Shown here: in pieces, positions 9,041 to 18,783 of the stretch
Layout of the letters: every line of letters starts with the position of its first letter
Numbering within the stretch: position 1 is the stretch's first letter
Source: Candidatus Hydrogenedentota bacterium
Lineage (GTDB): Bacteria; Hydrogenedentota; Hydrogenedentia; Hydrogenedentales; SLHB01
DNA: 64,000 nt
Direction: 5' to 3'
Assembly (NCBI GenBank): GCA_963674865.2
Contig: CAXXYE010000008.1
Span: 32,001 to 96,000 of the forward strand
Notes under the pieces: model-generated
Database searches by the model: none
Seen by the model: the letters and a program-made list of their open reading frames with translations, nothing else
What the model was told of the DNA's origin: nothing
Position numbers and translations under genes: made by a program

Positions 9041-10387
9041 TCACGGAAGGTATGCCCCACGTTGGCGTAGGCGTTTGCGCAAGGCATCGGTGTCGACGGC
9101 GTGGATGTCCCCGCCGAGGGCTGCGCCTGCTTGCTGCGCGGCGACGCCCGCCGCCTCGCCCATGGCAAGGCAGGTAGGCATCACACGGATGCTGCCCTGG
9201 ACGGGCCGATCGCACGAGATACACCGCCCGGCCACCAGGACATTACGCAGGCCCTTAGGCGTCAGGCAGCGGTAGGGAATACCGTGCGACTCCCCCGGGC
9301 CGTAGCGCTCATAGCGGTTGGCCACGTGGTCGTGCCCGGCGCGGGTGGACTCGATCTCGCTCTTGGCGGTATGGATGTCAATCCAGTAGGCGTTGCGGCA
9401 GATCTCATCGGCGAAGCTCTTCCGGGCGAGGTAGTCCTCGACGGTTAGGACATAGGCGCCGGTGATGCGTCGGGATTCCCGGACGCCAAGCAGCGGGCCC
9501 GTGCTCACCAGGTAGGCGTTGCCAAAGGCCTGGGGAACGAATTCCGCGAGCCCATCCCGCATGGCTTTGGCTATCTTCCGCCCTTGCATCATGGCCTTGG
9601 AGACGTTCTCCGGGTCGGTGTTATCGACATCCCAGATATGGCCGGCGTTGAAGCCGAGCGTCCCGGGCCCGATGTGGGCGTGGCAAAGGAAAGTGTCGCG
9701 GATTTCCGGGAACCTACCGGAGGCGAGTATCTGGTGGATGGGCGAGTTCTTGGAGCCGCCGTACAACGTCGGCCGGTTGGCGTAGCCGTATTCGTCCACA
9801 TTGCACAGGATGAAGCAGTGGGTGGAGGGCTGGACCTCGCCGGAGCCGGCTTCGCCCTGCTCGTACGCCGCGCCGGCCCATGCGGCGAGGTCGGCGTCGC
9901 CGGTGGCGTCGATGTAGACTCTGGCCCGGTGGGCCGTGAGGCCGGCCTTGTTGCTGGTGATGACGGCGTCCACTGCACCGTTTCCGTCCGTCTCGACGGC
10001 GGCGAGGCGGGTGTTGAACAGAACGGACACGCCGGCTTCCGTGACGAGGTCGTCGTAGACGCGCTTCAGGTGCTCGGGATCGATGGCGATCCAGTCGACG
10101 GCGTCGTCCGGCACGTGGGGGACGCCCTCCTTTGCGGCGCGGAAGACCTTCTCCGCCAAGCCGCGATAGATCACCTTCTCCCCGTCGGAGAAGGGGCACC
10201 ACGCGGGAACCAGCCCGGAGGTACCCATTCCGCCGAGCGCGCCCGTGGCCTCGATCAGAAGCGTCTTGGCGCCCTCCTGTGCCGCCGCGGCCGCCGCTGT
10301 GCAGCCTGCCGGCCCGCCGCCCGTGACAAGGACGTCCCATGAATCATCCAGCGGAATTGCCCGTTCACTGAGTGTGTACGTCGCCAT
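9041..10387 (-). CDS. FAD-dependent oxidoreductase (FAD_oxidored family)
   Basis: DVLVTGGGPAG, LGGMGTSG, IDATGDADL, GVRESRRI and VAGRCIS motifs. Confidence 0.9.
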   Translation of the reverse strand: MATYTLSERAIPLDDSWDVLVTGGGPAGCTAAAAAAQEGAKTLLIEATGALGGMGTSGLVPAWCPFSDGEKVIYRGLAEKVFRAAKEGVPHVPDDAVDWIAIDPEHLKRVYDDLVTEAGVSVLFNTRLAAVETDGNGAVDAVITSNKAGLTAHRARVYIDATGDADLAAWAGAAYEQGEAGSGEVQPSTHCFILCNVDEYGYANRPTLYGGSKNSPIHQILASGRFPEIRDTFLCHAHIGPGTLGFNAGHIWDVDNTDPENVSKAMMQGRKIAKAMRDGLAEFVPQAFGNAYLVSTGPLLGVRESRRITGAYVLTVEDYLARKSFADEICRNAYWIDIHTAKSEIESTRAGHDHVANRYERYGPGESHGIPYRCLTPKGLRNVLVAGRCISCDRPVQGSIRVMPTCLAMGEAAGVAAQQAGAALGGDIHAVDTDALRKRLRQRGAYLP

Positions 10388-10542
10388 GATAGGAATATCT
10401 CCTTGGAGGTTTCTTCCGGGCCGCGGGCATCAGGTTACCGGGCGCAATGGCGGATGGCAAGGGCCGGCCTACCGGCAGGCGGTGTAGCGGAGAAACACAG
10501 GGCCACAGGCGTCCTATCAGCGCAGGGGCGCCGGCCCCCTGA

Positions 10543-12141
10543 CTACACGGCCGCGCCGCCCACGGTGTCCGTCGGGCCAGTGAAGCCGGGGCCGCCCGCC
10601 GCGACGTAGCCATGGCTGGCTCCGGACACGTCCGGACTGACCCAGAACGCGTAGAGGCGCCCGTCACGCAGGTGAAACCGAAAGCGTACGGGCGTACCGG
10701 TGAACGCCGACAGGTTGCCTCCGTGCCGCCATGACACCTGGGCTCGCGTGGCGTCCGCCTGAATAGGCAGACAATCATCCCGGCCGTAGCCGGGGATGGG
10801 CTCACGCTGCGTATCCAGAAGTTCGACGCGCAGTTCACCTCGGGGCGCGTCTAGGTTGACGAACAGATGCTTCCCGCGGAAGAGAACGGGCCGCGTCGTC
10901 AGTGGCCGCTCTTGGCCGAACGAATCCATCGAGGCGAATCCATCGCGCCGGAGGGTGGCCAGGCCAGTGCAGCATTCACCGGAGGTCTTCGAATCGGAGC
11001 CGGGGATGCCCGCCCGGCCGCTCACGTAGAAGTACAAGTGATCTTCCAGCACGAGGCAGCACCCGCCGGCGGACTGCACGTTCCCGTAATTCCAGTCGCC
11101 CTGCTGTTCAGAGACGGGCACAAACGGTTTCCGGAAAGCCCTGTCCCAGTGGAAGCCGTCGCGGCTGAAGCCGAGATAGAGATCGTTCGGTTTCGGCCTG
11201 TCGTGGCCCCCGCCGCCGTGCCAGATGGTGAACATCCCGAGCATCAGGCTTTCGTAGGCGACGCCGTCCAAGTTGTAGAGCTCCGGATACATCTCCTGCT
11301 CTTCCCGCCAGTGATCGAGCCTGTCCGCGCCCACCCATAGCGGGGGCTCGCGATGCTCCCATTTCGCGCCCTCGATTACGGCGCGGTGTTCGCGGTAGCG
11401 GCGGCGCCGGCCGTAGAAGTTGTCCTTGATGCTGTATACCCATACCTTGCGAAAGGGATTGTAGAAGACGGTGCTCCGATCGCCCATCTGTCCGCTCTTC
11501 GCCGCCATGTCGCCCCAGTGGACTCCGTCATGCGAGAAGAAGATCCCCAAGCCGAGGTCTTCTCCACTTTCTCCGTGTGACGCAAACATCTTGTATCGCC
11601 TGGCCGGGTCCGTCTCGAATAAGTCGAGCCAGACGGTGTTGGAATCCCTCGGCAGCGTATTGACTATGTTGGTGCCGGGGACTACGTCAAGTTCCGGGCG
11701 CTCCCAGTGGATCCCGCCGTCCGAGGTGGCGTAGCAGGTCGCCCGGCCGGTTCCGCACCGATACCACATCTTGAACAGCTCGTCCGCCGGGTCGTACCAG
11801 ACGCCGTCGCTGAACACCATGGCCGTAGGCATAGGATAGCCTTTGGATTCCCCCTCAAGTTCCCATGGGCGTTCGGGACGGAGGAGAGGGCTCTCCTCGT
11901 GGTATTGCGCCTGGTGGAATGTCCGTCTGAGTTCGCTTGGATCGACCAGGAAGTCGTCGACAAACAACTGCCGGCCCACGTGGATAGGAATGGGCTCGGG
12001 GATGTTGTGCAGGTAAGCTACGGGCATGGGCTCGCGCGTCGGCACGTCATTATAGCGAGGCGGCCATTGTGCGGGCAGTCGAATCCCGTTGTATAGCTGC
12101 CCATTCTCTCCGGATTCGCCAGTCGACTCGAACGAAGCCAT
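10543..12141 (-). CDS. GH32/GH43-like beta-propeller glycoside hydrolase-related protein
   Basis: GRQLFVDD, Asp-box-like SDGGIHW / SHDGVHW / SRDGFHW, LRRDGFASM, and a C-terminal beta-sandwich. Confidence 0.75.
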   Translation of the reverse strand: MASFESTGESGENGQLYNGIRLPAQWPPRYNDVPTREPMPVAYLHNIPEPIPIHVGRQLFVDDFLVDPSELRRTFHQAQYHEESPLLRPERPWELEGESKGYPMPTAMVFSDGVWYDPADELFKMWYRCGTGRATCYATSDGGIHWERPELDVVPGTNIVNTLPRDSNTVWLDLFETDPARRYKMFASHGESGEDLGLGIFFSHDGVHWGDMAAKSGQMGDRSTVFYNPFRKVWVYSIKDNFYGRRRRYREHRAVIEGAKWEHREPPLWVGADRLDHWREEQEMYPELYNLDGVAYESLMLGMFTIWHGGGGHDRPKPNDLYLGFSRDGFHWDRAFRKPFVPVSEQQGDWNYGNVQSAGGCCLVLEDHLYFYVSGRAGIPGSDSKTSGECCTGLATLRRDGFASMDSFGQERPLTTRPVLFRGKHLFVNLDAPRGELRVELLDTQREPIPGYGRDDCLPIQADATRAQVSWRHGGNLSAFTGTPVRFRFHLRDGRLYAFWVSPDVSGASHGYVAAGGPGFTGPTDTVGGAAV

Positions 12142-12245
12142 CTGTCTGCCTCCTCTTACCACAGCGTCCGTGCGCTCTCGGACTCACTATGCGACACTTC
12201 ACGATAGCACATGAAGCTTCGGAACTGGTGACGGGCAGGCAGTTT

Positions 12246-13547
12246 TCAGGGGCAAATAGTCTTCCCCACTCCATATAGGCGAACCGCGTTGTTGTGCAGA
12301 ATATCGCACGTGATGAGCAGCACATCACTTTTTGTCAGACCGTAGATTTCCGCATGTTCTTGAAGTGTCTTGAAGATTATCGCCCGGGCCATTACCGCGC
12401 TGCCAACGGCCATTTCGACGCTGGTTGCGTCATGGCCGCAGGTGAGCTTGTGTAATGGCACGGCCCCGAGCCACTCTCGCAAGCCATCGCGTAGCGATTC
12501 CGGATTCAACACCGTTAGCCAGCAGGGGTCCAGGTAGACATTCGGCACGTGGCGCGCGAGTTCCGCCGACTCCGCGAAGAATGGCCAGCAATGCAGCAGC
12601 ACAAGCTTCATGTTCGGGTAGCGCCGGGCGAGGCCCCTTAGCGGCGTCGGATTCGATGTCGCCGGATTCGCTGCACCGACATGGCATTGGTGTACCCACC
12701 CGCGTTTGGCTGTCTCGTCAAGACATCGGTTCATCACCCAATTCTCGAACGCTTGCGACTGTGCCGGATCCAGATCCCCGCGCCACTGCACGTCATCGTC
12801 TGCTACGTCAGGAAAATGCATGACGCGCATGTATCCTTGATATTGCTTTGACCCGACCGCCCCATTGGCCTCGGCGGCCGCAAACAGTGCGGCAATGAAG
12901 GCTCGCCAGCTTTCGGCGTCAACGGGGTCAATGCCCGTCAGTTGCGACAGTCGCTCGCGGCTCTCGTTCCCCCTAGTCCAGAACCGGAGCAACGGATCCA
13001 CACGCATGACGGGGGTCATGAACCGCTTTTCCTGTGACTCCGCCTTCTTGTTGCCGTAGGAGTAGAAAAACTCAGGATTTACGGGGCGAATGCATTCTGT
13101 TAGGTGGTTCGCGCCCCGCGCTTCGTCGTACCAATCGAAGATCCTTGCGTAGTTGTGCGCCACCTTGCGATCAAGGACCTGCCAAGAAGTCGGGGTGCAG
13201 TCTTCCAGGGAGACGTCATAGAGACGGAGCAGGCCGGTTCTCAGCGTCTGGTACGCCCCCGTCAGGCGATGCCTGCGCAGCGCGGGGCGCAAGGCGGTGA
13301 AAAATGCCTCGGGCTCTTTCTTGGCCCATGTCCAAGCGTCGCTGAAGCCGGCTTTAGCGGCGGCCCCTTCCCAGTTCCATCCGCCGTCCCTAAGGAAAGT
13401 CCCGAAATAGGGGTCGAGGAGGAGATCTGCGAGTCCGGCGGGCCTCTCGGGCACAGCGCCGCAGCGCGCATCCGCACCTCCCATTAGTGCGTTTATCGAA
13501 CCCCAGTGCTCGTGACTACAAAAGCTCGGAACATCATCAACTACCAT
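12246..13547 (-). CDS. Amidohydrolase-family protein (UxaC/Amidohydro_2-like)
   Basis: SHEH metal motif, QCHVG, VLLHCWP, NVYLDPCW and GHD. Start at MVVDD after an SD (GAGGGAGG). Confidence 0.75.
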   Translation of the reverse strand: MVVDDVPSFCSHEHWGSINALMGGADARCGAVPERPAGLADLLLDPYFGTFLRDGGWNWEGAAAKAGFSDAWTWAKKEPEAFFTALRPALRRHRLTGAYQTLRTGLLRLYDVSLEDCTPTSWQVLDRKVAHNYARIFDWYDEARGANHLTECIRPVNPEFFYSYGNKKAESQEKRFMTPVMRVDPLLRFWTRGNESRERLSQLTGIDPVDAESWRAFIAALFAAAEANGAVGSKQYQGYMRVMHFPDVADDDVQWRGDLDPAQSQAFENWVMNRCLDETAKRGWVHQCHVGAANPATSNPTPLRGLARRYPNMKLVLLHCWPFFAESAELARHVPNVYLDPCWLTVLNPESLRDGLREWLGAVPLHKLTCGHDATSVEMAVGSAVMARAIIFKTLQEHAEIYGLTKSDVLLITCDILHNNAVRLYGVGKTICP

Positions 13548-13785
13548 TCGGCCTCCCTCTCCTTGGTTCCCGACAGCGGAGCACTCCAAACGCTGGATTG
13601 TGGCAGAAGGTAGGGCGAGGCATCAAAGGGCCGAAGGTGCGCTTCTGCGAAGAAACTAGCGAAGCGCGCGGTAGGAGGCTGACAGGCTATTCGCCACGCC
13701 CGGCCGGCCTTCCCAAGCGATACGGCTGCATGCTACCTTAAACTGTCAAGGATTGAACGGTGTTGTGAATGCGGGCCGCCGGAAC

Positions 13786-14193
13786 ATGACCTTCGCTTTC
13801 ATTGAACACACGGCTGACATGCGCATGGAGTGCCATGCGGCCTCGCTGGAGGGACTTCTCACTACGGCCGCCGATGGCCTGTATGCGCTGGCTTTGCGCC
13901 GCGTGAGGCATGAGACTTCCGTCGAACGGGCCGTGACGCTTGATGCCGCCGACACCGAGGATCTGCTCGTCCGTTGGCTGCAGGAACTCATCTACCTCAT
14001 GGAGTCCGAGCATATTGTGGCCGCGCAGCGGGAGTTCTCTGAGGTGTCCCAGGGACGACTGCGGGCGACTCTCAGGGGATACGTGTGTGCCGCCGAGGAA
14101 CGGGCGGTTGAGGTCAAGAGCGCAACGTATCACGGGCTTGAGGTCCTTGAGAGGCCCGGCGATTACGCGGCGCGCGTGACTTTCGACTTGTAA
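13786..14193 (+). CDS. Archease
   Basis: N-terminal EHTAD, LLVRWLQELIY, VKSATYH and C-terminal FDL. Confidence 0.92.
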   Translation: MTFAFIEHTADMRMECHAASLEGLLTTAADGLYALALRRVRHETSVERAVTLDAADTEDLLVRWLQELIYLMESEHIVAAQREFSEVSQGRLRATLRGYVCAAEERAVEVKSATYHGLEVLERPGDYAARVTFDL

Positions 14194-14209
14194 TCATCGA
14201 GGGGCGGCA

Positions 14210-15658
14210 ATGACGGAATTACGAATCGAACAGATTGACGAGACGACGTGGGAAATCCCCAAGACGGGCGCCATGCGCGTCCCCGGCCGGATCATTGCCG
14301 ACACGGAGTTGCTGGCGAGTATCCGGCGGGATAAAGCGGCCGAACAGGTTGCCAACGTAGCTTGTCTGCCCGGGATCGTCGGCTACTCCTGGGCGATGCC
14401 GGACGCCCACTGGGGCTACGGATTTCCTATTGGCGGCGTGGCGGCGACGGATCCCGACCAGGGCGGCGTCATCTCGCCCGGCGGGGTCGGATACGACATC
14501 AACTGCGGCTGCCGACTGATGACGACGCACCTACGTTGGGCGGATGTCCAACCTCGGCTCCGCGAGGTCGTCGACGGATTGTACCGGGACGTCCCCTGCG
14601 GCGTGGGCTCTCATGGTGCCATCAAGACGTTGAACGACAAGGACATGCGGCGCGTTCTCAAGAGAGGCGCCAAGTGGGCCGTGGAGCAAGGATACGGTAC
14701 CTATGCCGATCTGGACACAACGGAGGAGCAGGGCGCCTTATCCGGCGCGGATTGCGACGCTGTGTCCGCGCGCGCGCTGAGTCGTGGCCAGGATCAGCTC
14801 GGTACGCTGGGGTCGGGGAATCACTTCCTTGAGGTCGGTGTAGTCGAGCACGTCCTCGACCCGGCGGCGGCGGACGCCTTCGGCCTCGCCGAAGGGGCCG
14901 TGACGCTCATGGTGCACAGCGGTAGCCGCGGGCTGGGCTATCAAGTCTGCGACGACTACCTGCACACGATGCTCAAGGCTGCCGCGGATTACGGCATCCG
15001 GCTGCCCGACCGCCAGCTCTGCTGCGCGCCGGTGATGTCTCCCGAGGGCCGACGCTATCTCGCTGCCATGGCGGCCGCGGCGAATTACGCCTGGGCCAAC
15101 CGCCAGGTGATCATGGAACTGGCGCGCCGCTCCCTGTGTCACGCACTCGACATCGGCCCGCGCGAACTGGGAGGGCGGCTCGTGTACGACGTCTGCCATA
15201 ACATCGCCAAACTCGAAGTCCACGAGGTGGACGGGCAACGTCGCCGGCTTTGTGTCCATCGGAAGGGGGCGACACGCGCGTTCCCCGGGAGCCGCAAGGA
15301 GGTGCCTGCAGTGTATCGGAGGGTCGGCCAACCGGTGCTGGTGCCGGGCGATATGGGCACAGGGTCGTGGGTCTGCGCCGGTACCGAGCACGCTCTGGCC
15401 ACGACCTTCGGTAGCGCATGCCATGGCGCGGGCCGAGTGCTGAGCCGGAAGGCCGCGAGAAAGGCGGAACGGGCCGGGCCGCTGCTCGAGCGTCTCGATA
15501 AGGCGGGCATTGTGGTGATCGCCAGGAGCAAGGGCACGATTGTTGAAGAAGCGCCCGGCGCGTACAAGGATATCGACCGCGTGGCCGCCGTACTCGATTC
15601 GTCTGGGCTCGGACGGCGAGTCGCCCGCATTCGCCCCGTGGGCGTGGTTAAGGGCTGA
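14210..15658 (+). CDS. rtcB: RNA 3'-phosphate/5'-OH ligase RtcB (archaeal/eukaryal-like long form)
   Basis: MPDAHWGYGFPIG, VGYDINCG, LGSGNHF, HSGSRG, HNIA, HRKGAT, CHGAGR and EEAPGAYKD motifs. Confidence 0.96.
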   Translation: MTELRIEQIDETTWEIPKTGAMRVPGRIIADTELLASIRRDKAAEQVANVACLPGIVGYSWAMPDAHWGYGFPIGGVAATDPDQGGVISPGGVGYDINCGCRLMTTHLRWADVQPRLREVVDGLYRDVPCGVGSHGAIKTLNDKDMRRVLKRGAKWAVEQGYGTYADLDTTEEQGALSGADCDAVSARALSRGQDQLGTLGSGNHFLEVGVVEHVLDPAAADAFGLAEGAVTLMVHSGSRGLGYQVCDDYLHTMLKAAADYGIRLPDRQLCCAPVMSPEGRRYLAAMAAAANYAWANRQVIMELARRSLCHALDIGPRELGGRLVYDVCHNIAKLEVHEVDGQRRRLCVHRKGATRAFPGSRKEVPAVYRRVGQPVLVPGDMGTGSWVCAGTEHALATTFGSACHGAGRVLSRKAARKAERAGPLLERLDKAGIVVIARSKGTIVEEAPGAYKDIDRVAAVLDSSGLGRRVARIRPVGVVKG

Positions 15659-15938
15659 GCCAACTCCCGGGCTTCCCGGCCCATCCGCGCCATTGTGCTT
15701 GTTGTCTTCCCGTTCCCGTTCTGCTAGCGTGTTCCGGATGCCGCACGCAGCTCATGGGCTATTGAAAGACACAATGCAGGCCACCCTCCATTGATGCGGC
15801 CGCGGGGACGAGTCCTCCGAGCCACAGGTGCGGATGAGAAGCTGCCATCGTCATGGGGCCAAGCTTCTTCAGGCGTTGTCGAATCCAGAAGCAGTGGGTG
15901 ATCGGCTCAAAGAGTACCTCGGTAAGGGGAGTGAAGTT

Positions 15939-17138
15939 GTGCCTTTGGAGAAAGCCTGCCAAGACGGCCGTCATGATTCACTTCAAGACCTGATCCAGAG
16001 CCAGGCCTTTCCCGAGCCGATATACGTCATGCGGCCGACCATGCCGGATCTTGAGCTCTACTGCAAGAAGTTGGAGGGTGTATGGCAACGCAAATGGCTT
16101 ACTAATAAGGGCCCCCTCCACGACGAGTTGGAGAGCCGGCTGTGCAATTATCTTGGTGTCGAGCAACTGAGCCTCTTTTGCAATGGCACCCTCGCCCTTC
16201 TGCTGGCCCTTCAGGCGTTGGAGATTGATGGCGGCGAAGTCATTACCACGTCTTTCACCTTTCCGGCCACCGCACACGTGCTTCATTGGAATCGCACACA
16301 GCCAGTGTTCTGCGATATCCAGCCGGGCACGTTCAACCTGAATCCTGAGTGCGTTGAGGAGCTAATCACGCCTGCCACGCGCGCTATAGTCCCCGTTCAT
16401 GTCTTCGGTAACCCATGTGACGTCGAGGCGCTTCGGGACATCGCGGATAAACATGGCCTTCGCCTGATATACGATGCGGCGCATGCCTTTGGCGTGCGCC
16501 TGAAAGGTCGTTCACTGCTCCGGTGGGGGGACATGTCGGCGCTCAGCCTTCACGCCACCAAGCTGTTCTCCACGGCCGAGGGGGGCGCCGTGGTTGCCGG
16601 CACCGCCACCCTGAAGAAGCGAATCGATTTTCTTAAGGATTTCGGCATTGCCGATGAAGAGACCGTCATCGGCCCGGGCATCAACGGCAAGATGACCGAG
16701 CTTCAGGCGGCCTACGGCCTACTGGCACTCGAAAATGTTGGCCGGGAGATTGCCAATCGCCGCGCGTGCGCTCTGGCCTATCGCGAGAGACTGGCGAGCG
16801 TCCTCGGATTGACATTTCTTGACGACCTGCCGGGCGTTGAATCCAACTATTCCCATTTCCCCATCCTTGTGGACGCAGACGCGTACGGTATGGGCCGGGA
16901 TGATCTCCATGAGACGCTCAAGCGCTTCAATGTCCATACGAGGAAGTACTTTTACCCGCTTTGCAGCCGCTTCCCCTGCTACTCGGAACATCCGTCAGCG
17001 CATCCGCGCCGCCTGCCTGTGGCCGAGCGCGTGGCGGCGCAAGTTCTGTGTTTGCCCATCTACGGCTCCCTGGGAGTCGATGCAGTCGATGCCATCTGCA
17101 CGATACTGGAGGAAATAGGGCGTCGCAGTAGAGACTGA
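15939..17138 (+). CDS. DegT/DnrJ/EryC1/StrS sugar aminotransferase (VioA-like)
   Basis: NGTLAL, PVHVFGN, YDAAHAFG, SLHATK (PLP Lys) and GINGKM. Start chosen at GTG 15939 after AAGGGGA; the frame is open from 15828. Confidence 0.9.
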   Translation: MPLEKACQDGRHDSLQDLIQSQAFPEPIYVMRPTMPDLELYCKKLEGVWQRKWLTNKGPLHDELESRLCNYLGVEQLSLFCNGTLALLLALQALEIDGGEVITTSFTFPATAHVLHWNRTQPVFCDIQPGTFNLNPECVEELITPATRAIVPVHVFGNPCDVEALRDIADKHGLRLIYDAAHAFGVRLKGRSLLRWGDMSALSLHATKLFSTAEGGAVVAGTATLKKRIDFLKDFGIADEETVIGPGINGKMTELQAAYGLLALENVGREIANRRACALAYRERLASVLGLTFLDDLPGVESNYSHFPILVDADAYGMGRDDLHETLKRFNVHTRKYFYPLCSRFPCYSEHPSAHPRRLPVAERVAAQVLCLPIYGSLGVDAVDAICTILEEIGRRSRD

Positions 17139-17405
17139 ACGGAACCGGCGCGCGAGCACGGCAGATGCCTCCGATGAACTCCGACTCGTGACGGTTCAAC
17201 GCTCTGGGCCGAGTGCGGCCACGGACGATCTTACCCAGTGGCGGGACTTCTGTCGGCTCGCTGCGGCCCGGTGCCTTTCTTCATCGCTGAAGCCTGTCCT
17301 TTTGTTCACCTGGTTGTCTTGAAGCTCTCGTTTTGATAGCGTCTCCAGGCGCCTGTGAAAGGAAGAGCGACGAGCCATCTGGCAAGGGTGTGGTAGGGAG
17401 GTTTC

Positions 17406-18626
17406 ATGTTGAGCCGGTTACGCATAGGCAAACGCCCACTCCTCTTGATATCGATCTTGATGCTTCCAGCCATCGCCGTGGCCCAGGAGGAGCAGGAACT
17501 AACGGCCGAACAACAGGAGGCTATCGAGCAGATAGGCGCCCTCGGCTACAGCGGCGAGGCTTCTACAGACAGCACGAAGGCGGGTGTTACGAGACACAAT
17601 AGGGATGCTGTCTGTCCGGGTCCTCGCCTGTATTGCTCGGGGCATTCCCCGGCAGCATACCTTATTGATGTGGACGGCCGTGTGCTGCACAAGTGGGAAA
17701 TGAAGCCCTGGGACGTGGACGACAGCTTCGAGAGAGGTTACCCTCTCTACGGGGATTTCCTCAGGAATGTGCACCTGCTTGACGATGGCTCCCTTCTGGT
17801 GATCTTTGAGGCCGTCGGCCTCGCCAAGCTTGACAAGGATTCCCGGGTAGTGTGGCGTGTCCAGAACCGAGCGCATCATGATCTGGATATAGCCGAAAAC
17901 GGCGACATCTACGTGCTCCGGCATTACACGCGTGTCATTCCCAGGATTGACGAGACGAAGCTCATTATCGATGACCTCATTGCCGTGTTGGACTCGGAAG
18001 GCAGGGAAAAGGACGCCATTTCGGTGCTAGAGGCTCTGGAGAACTCGAAAGACTACAGTCACCTCTTGCGGGACTATCTGGCGCAGAGAGAGGTGAAGAG
18101 CGATCTCCTGCATCCCAACTCTGTCTCGATACTGGATGGCAAACATGAGCAGGAGATGCCCGCCCTGAAAAAGGGCAATATAATGGTATCGCTCGCCTAC
18201 CTGAATGCGGTTGTTGTGATCGATCCTGAGATTCGAGAAGTGGTCTGGGCCCACCAGGGTCCGTACAAGGTTCAGCATGATCCCAACGTATTGGCCAATG
18301 GGAATCTACTTGTTTTTGACAACCAGAGCGTATGGGGGCGCTCCAGCGTCACGGAGTTCACGCTCCCATCCATGGACGTCGTCTGGACGTTCACCGCTTC
18401 TCAAGAAATGCCTTTTCTCTCGAAAACGTGCGGAACATGCCAACGCTTGCCAAGCGGCAACACCTTGATAGCCGAAACCGAGACGGGGCGGGCTATAGAG
18501 GTGACACCGGACGGAGAGATCGTTTGGGAGTTCTACAATCCGCATCGGACCTCAGAGAATACGTTGGCCAGTGTCTTCATGATCACCTGGATGCCACGCG
18601 TGATCGAGGCCCTTCGGGCGCCATAG
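17406..18626 (+). CDS. Arylsulfotransferase (ASST) family, secreted
   Basis: HHDL, DLLHPNSV, QHDP, LVFDN, QRLPSGNTLI and EIVWEF motifs; signal peptide ending AVA. Confidence 0.82.
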   Translation: MLSRLRIGKRPLLLISILMLPAIAVAQEEQELTAEQQEAIEQIGALGYSGEASTDSTKAGVTRHNRDAVCPGPRLYCSGHSPAAYLIDVDGRVLHKWEMKPWDVDDSFERGYPLYGDFLRNVHLLDDGSLLVIFEAVGLAKLDKDSRVVWRVQNRAHHDLDIAENGDIYVLRHYTRVIPRIDETKLIIDDLIAVLDSEGREKDAISVLEALENSKDYSHLLRDYLAQREVKSDLLHPNSVSILDGKHEQEMPALKKGNIMVSLAYLNAVVVIDPEIREVVWAHQGPYKVQHDPNVLANGNLLVFDNQSVWGRSSVTEFTLPSMDVVWTFTASQEMPFLSKTCGTCQRLPSGNTLIAETETGRAIEVTPDGEIVWEFYNPHRTSENTLASVFMITWMPRVIEALRAP

Positions 18627-18783
18627 ACGCGCCTGCTTTCTCTGTCCGCACTTTCAGAGACTTGATCACGGATAACCCGCGGTCTAGACTCACTTCTCTG
18701 ACACAGAACCAGCGCCGGGTGACGTTGGCCCGCCCCAGTCGCCGGGGCGCTTACTCGTAGACTGGCGCTTCAGAAGGCCGGAT

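Noticed and set aside
13590..13785. tRNA-like or Y RNA upstream of archease-rtcB
   Set aside because: Only a short GCGCTTC/GAAGCGC stem; no T-loop or cloverleaf.
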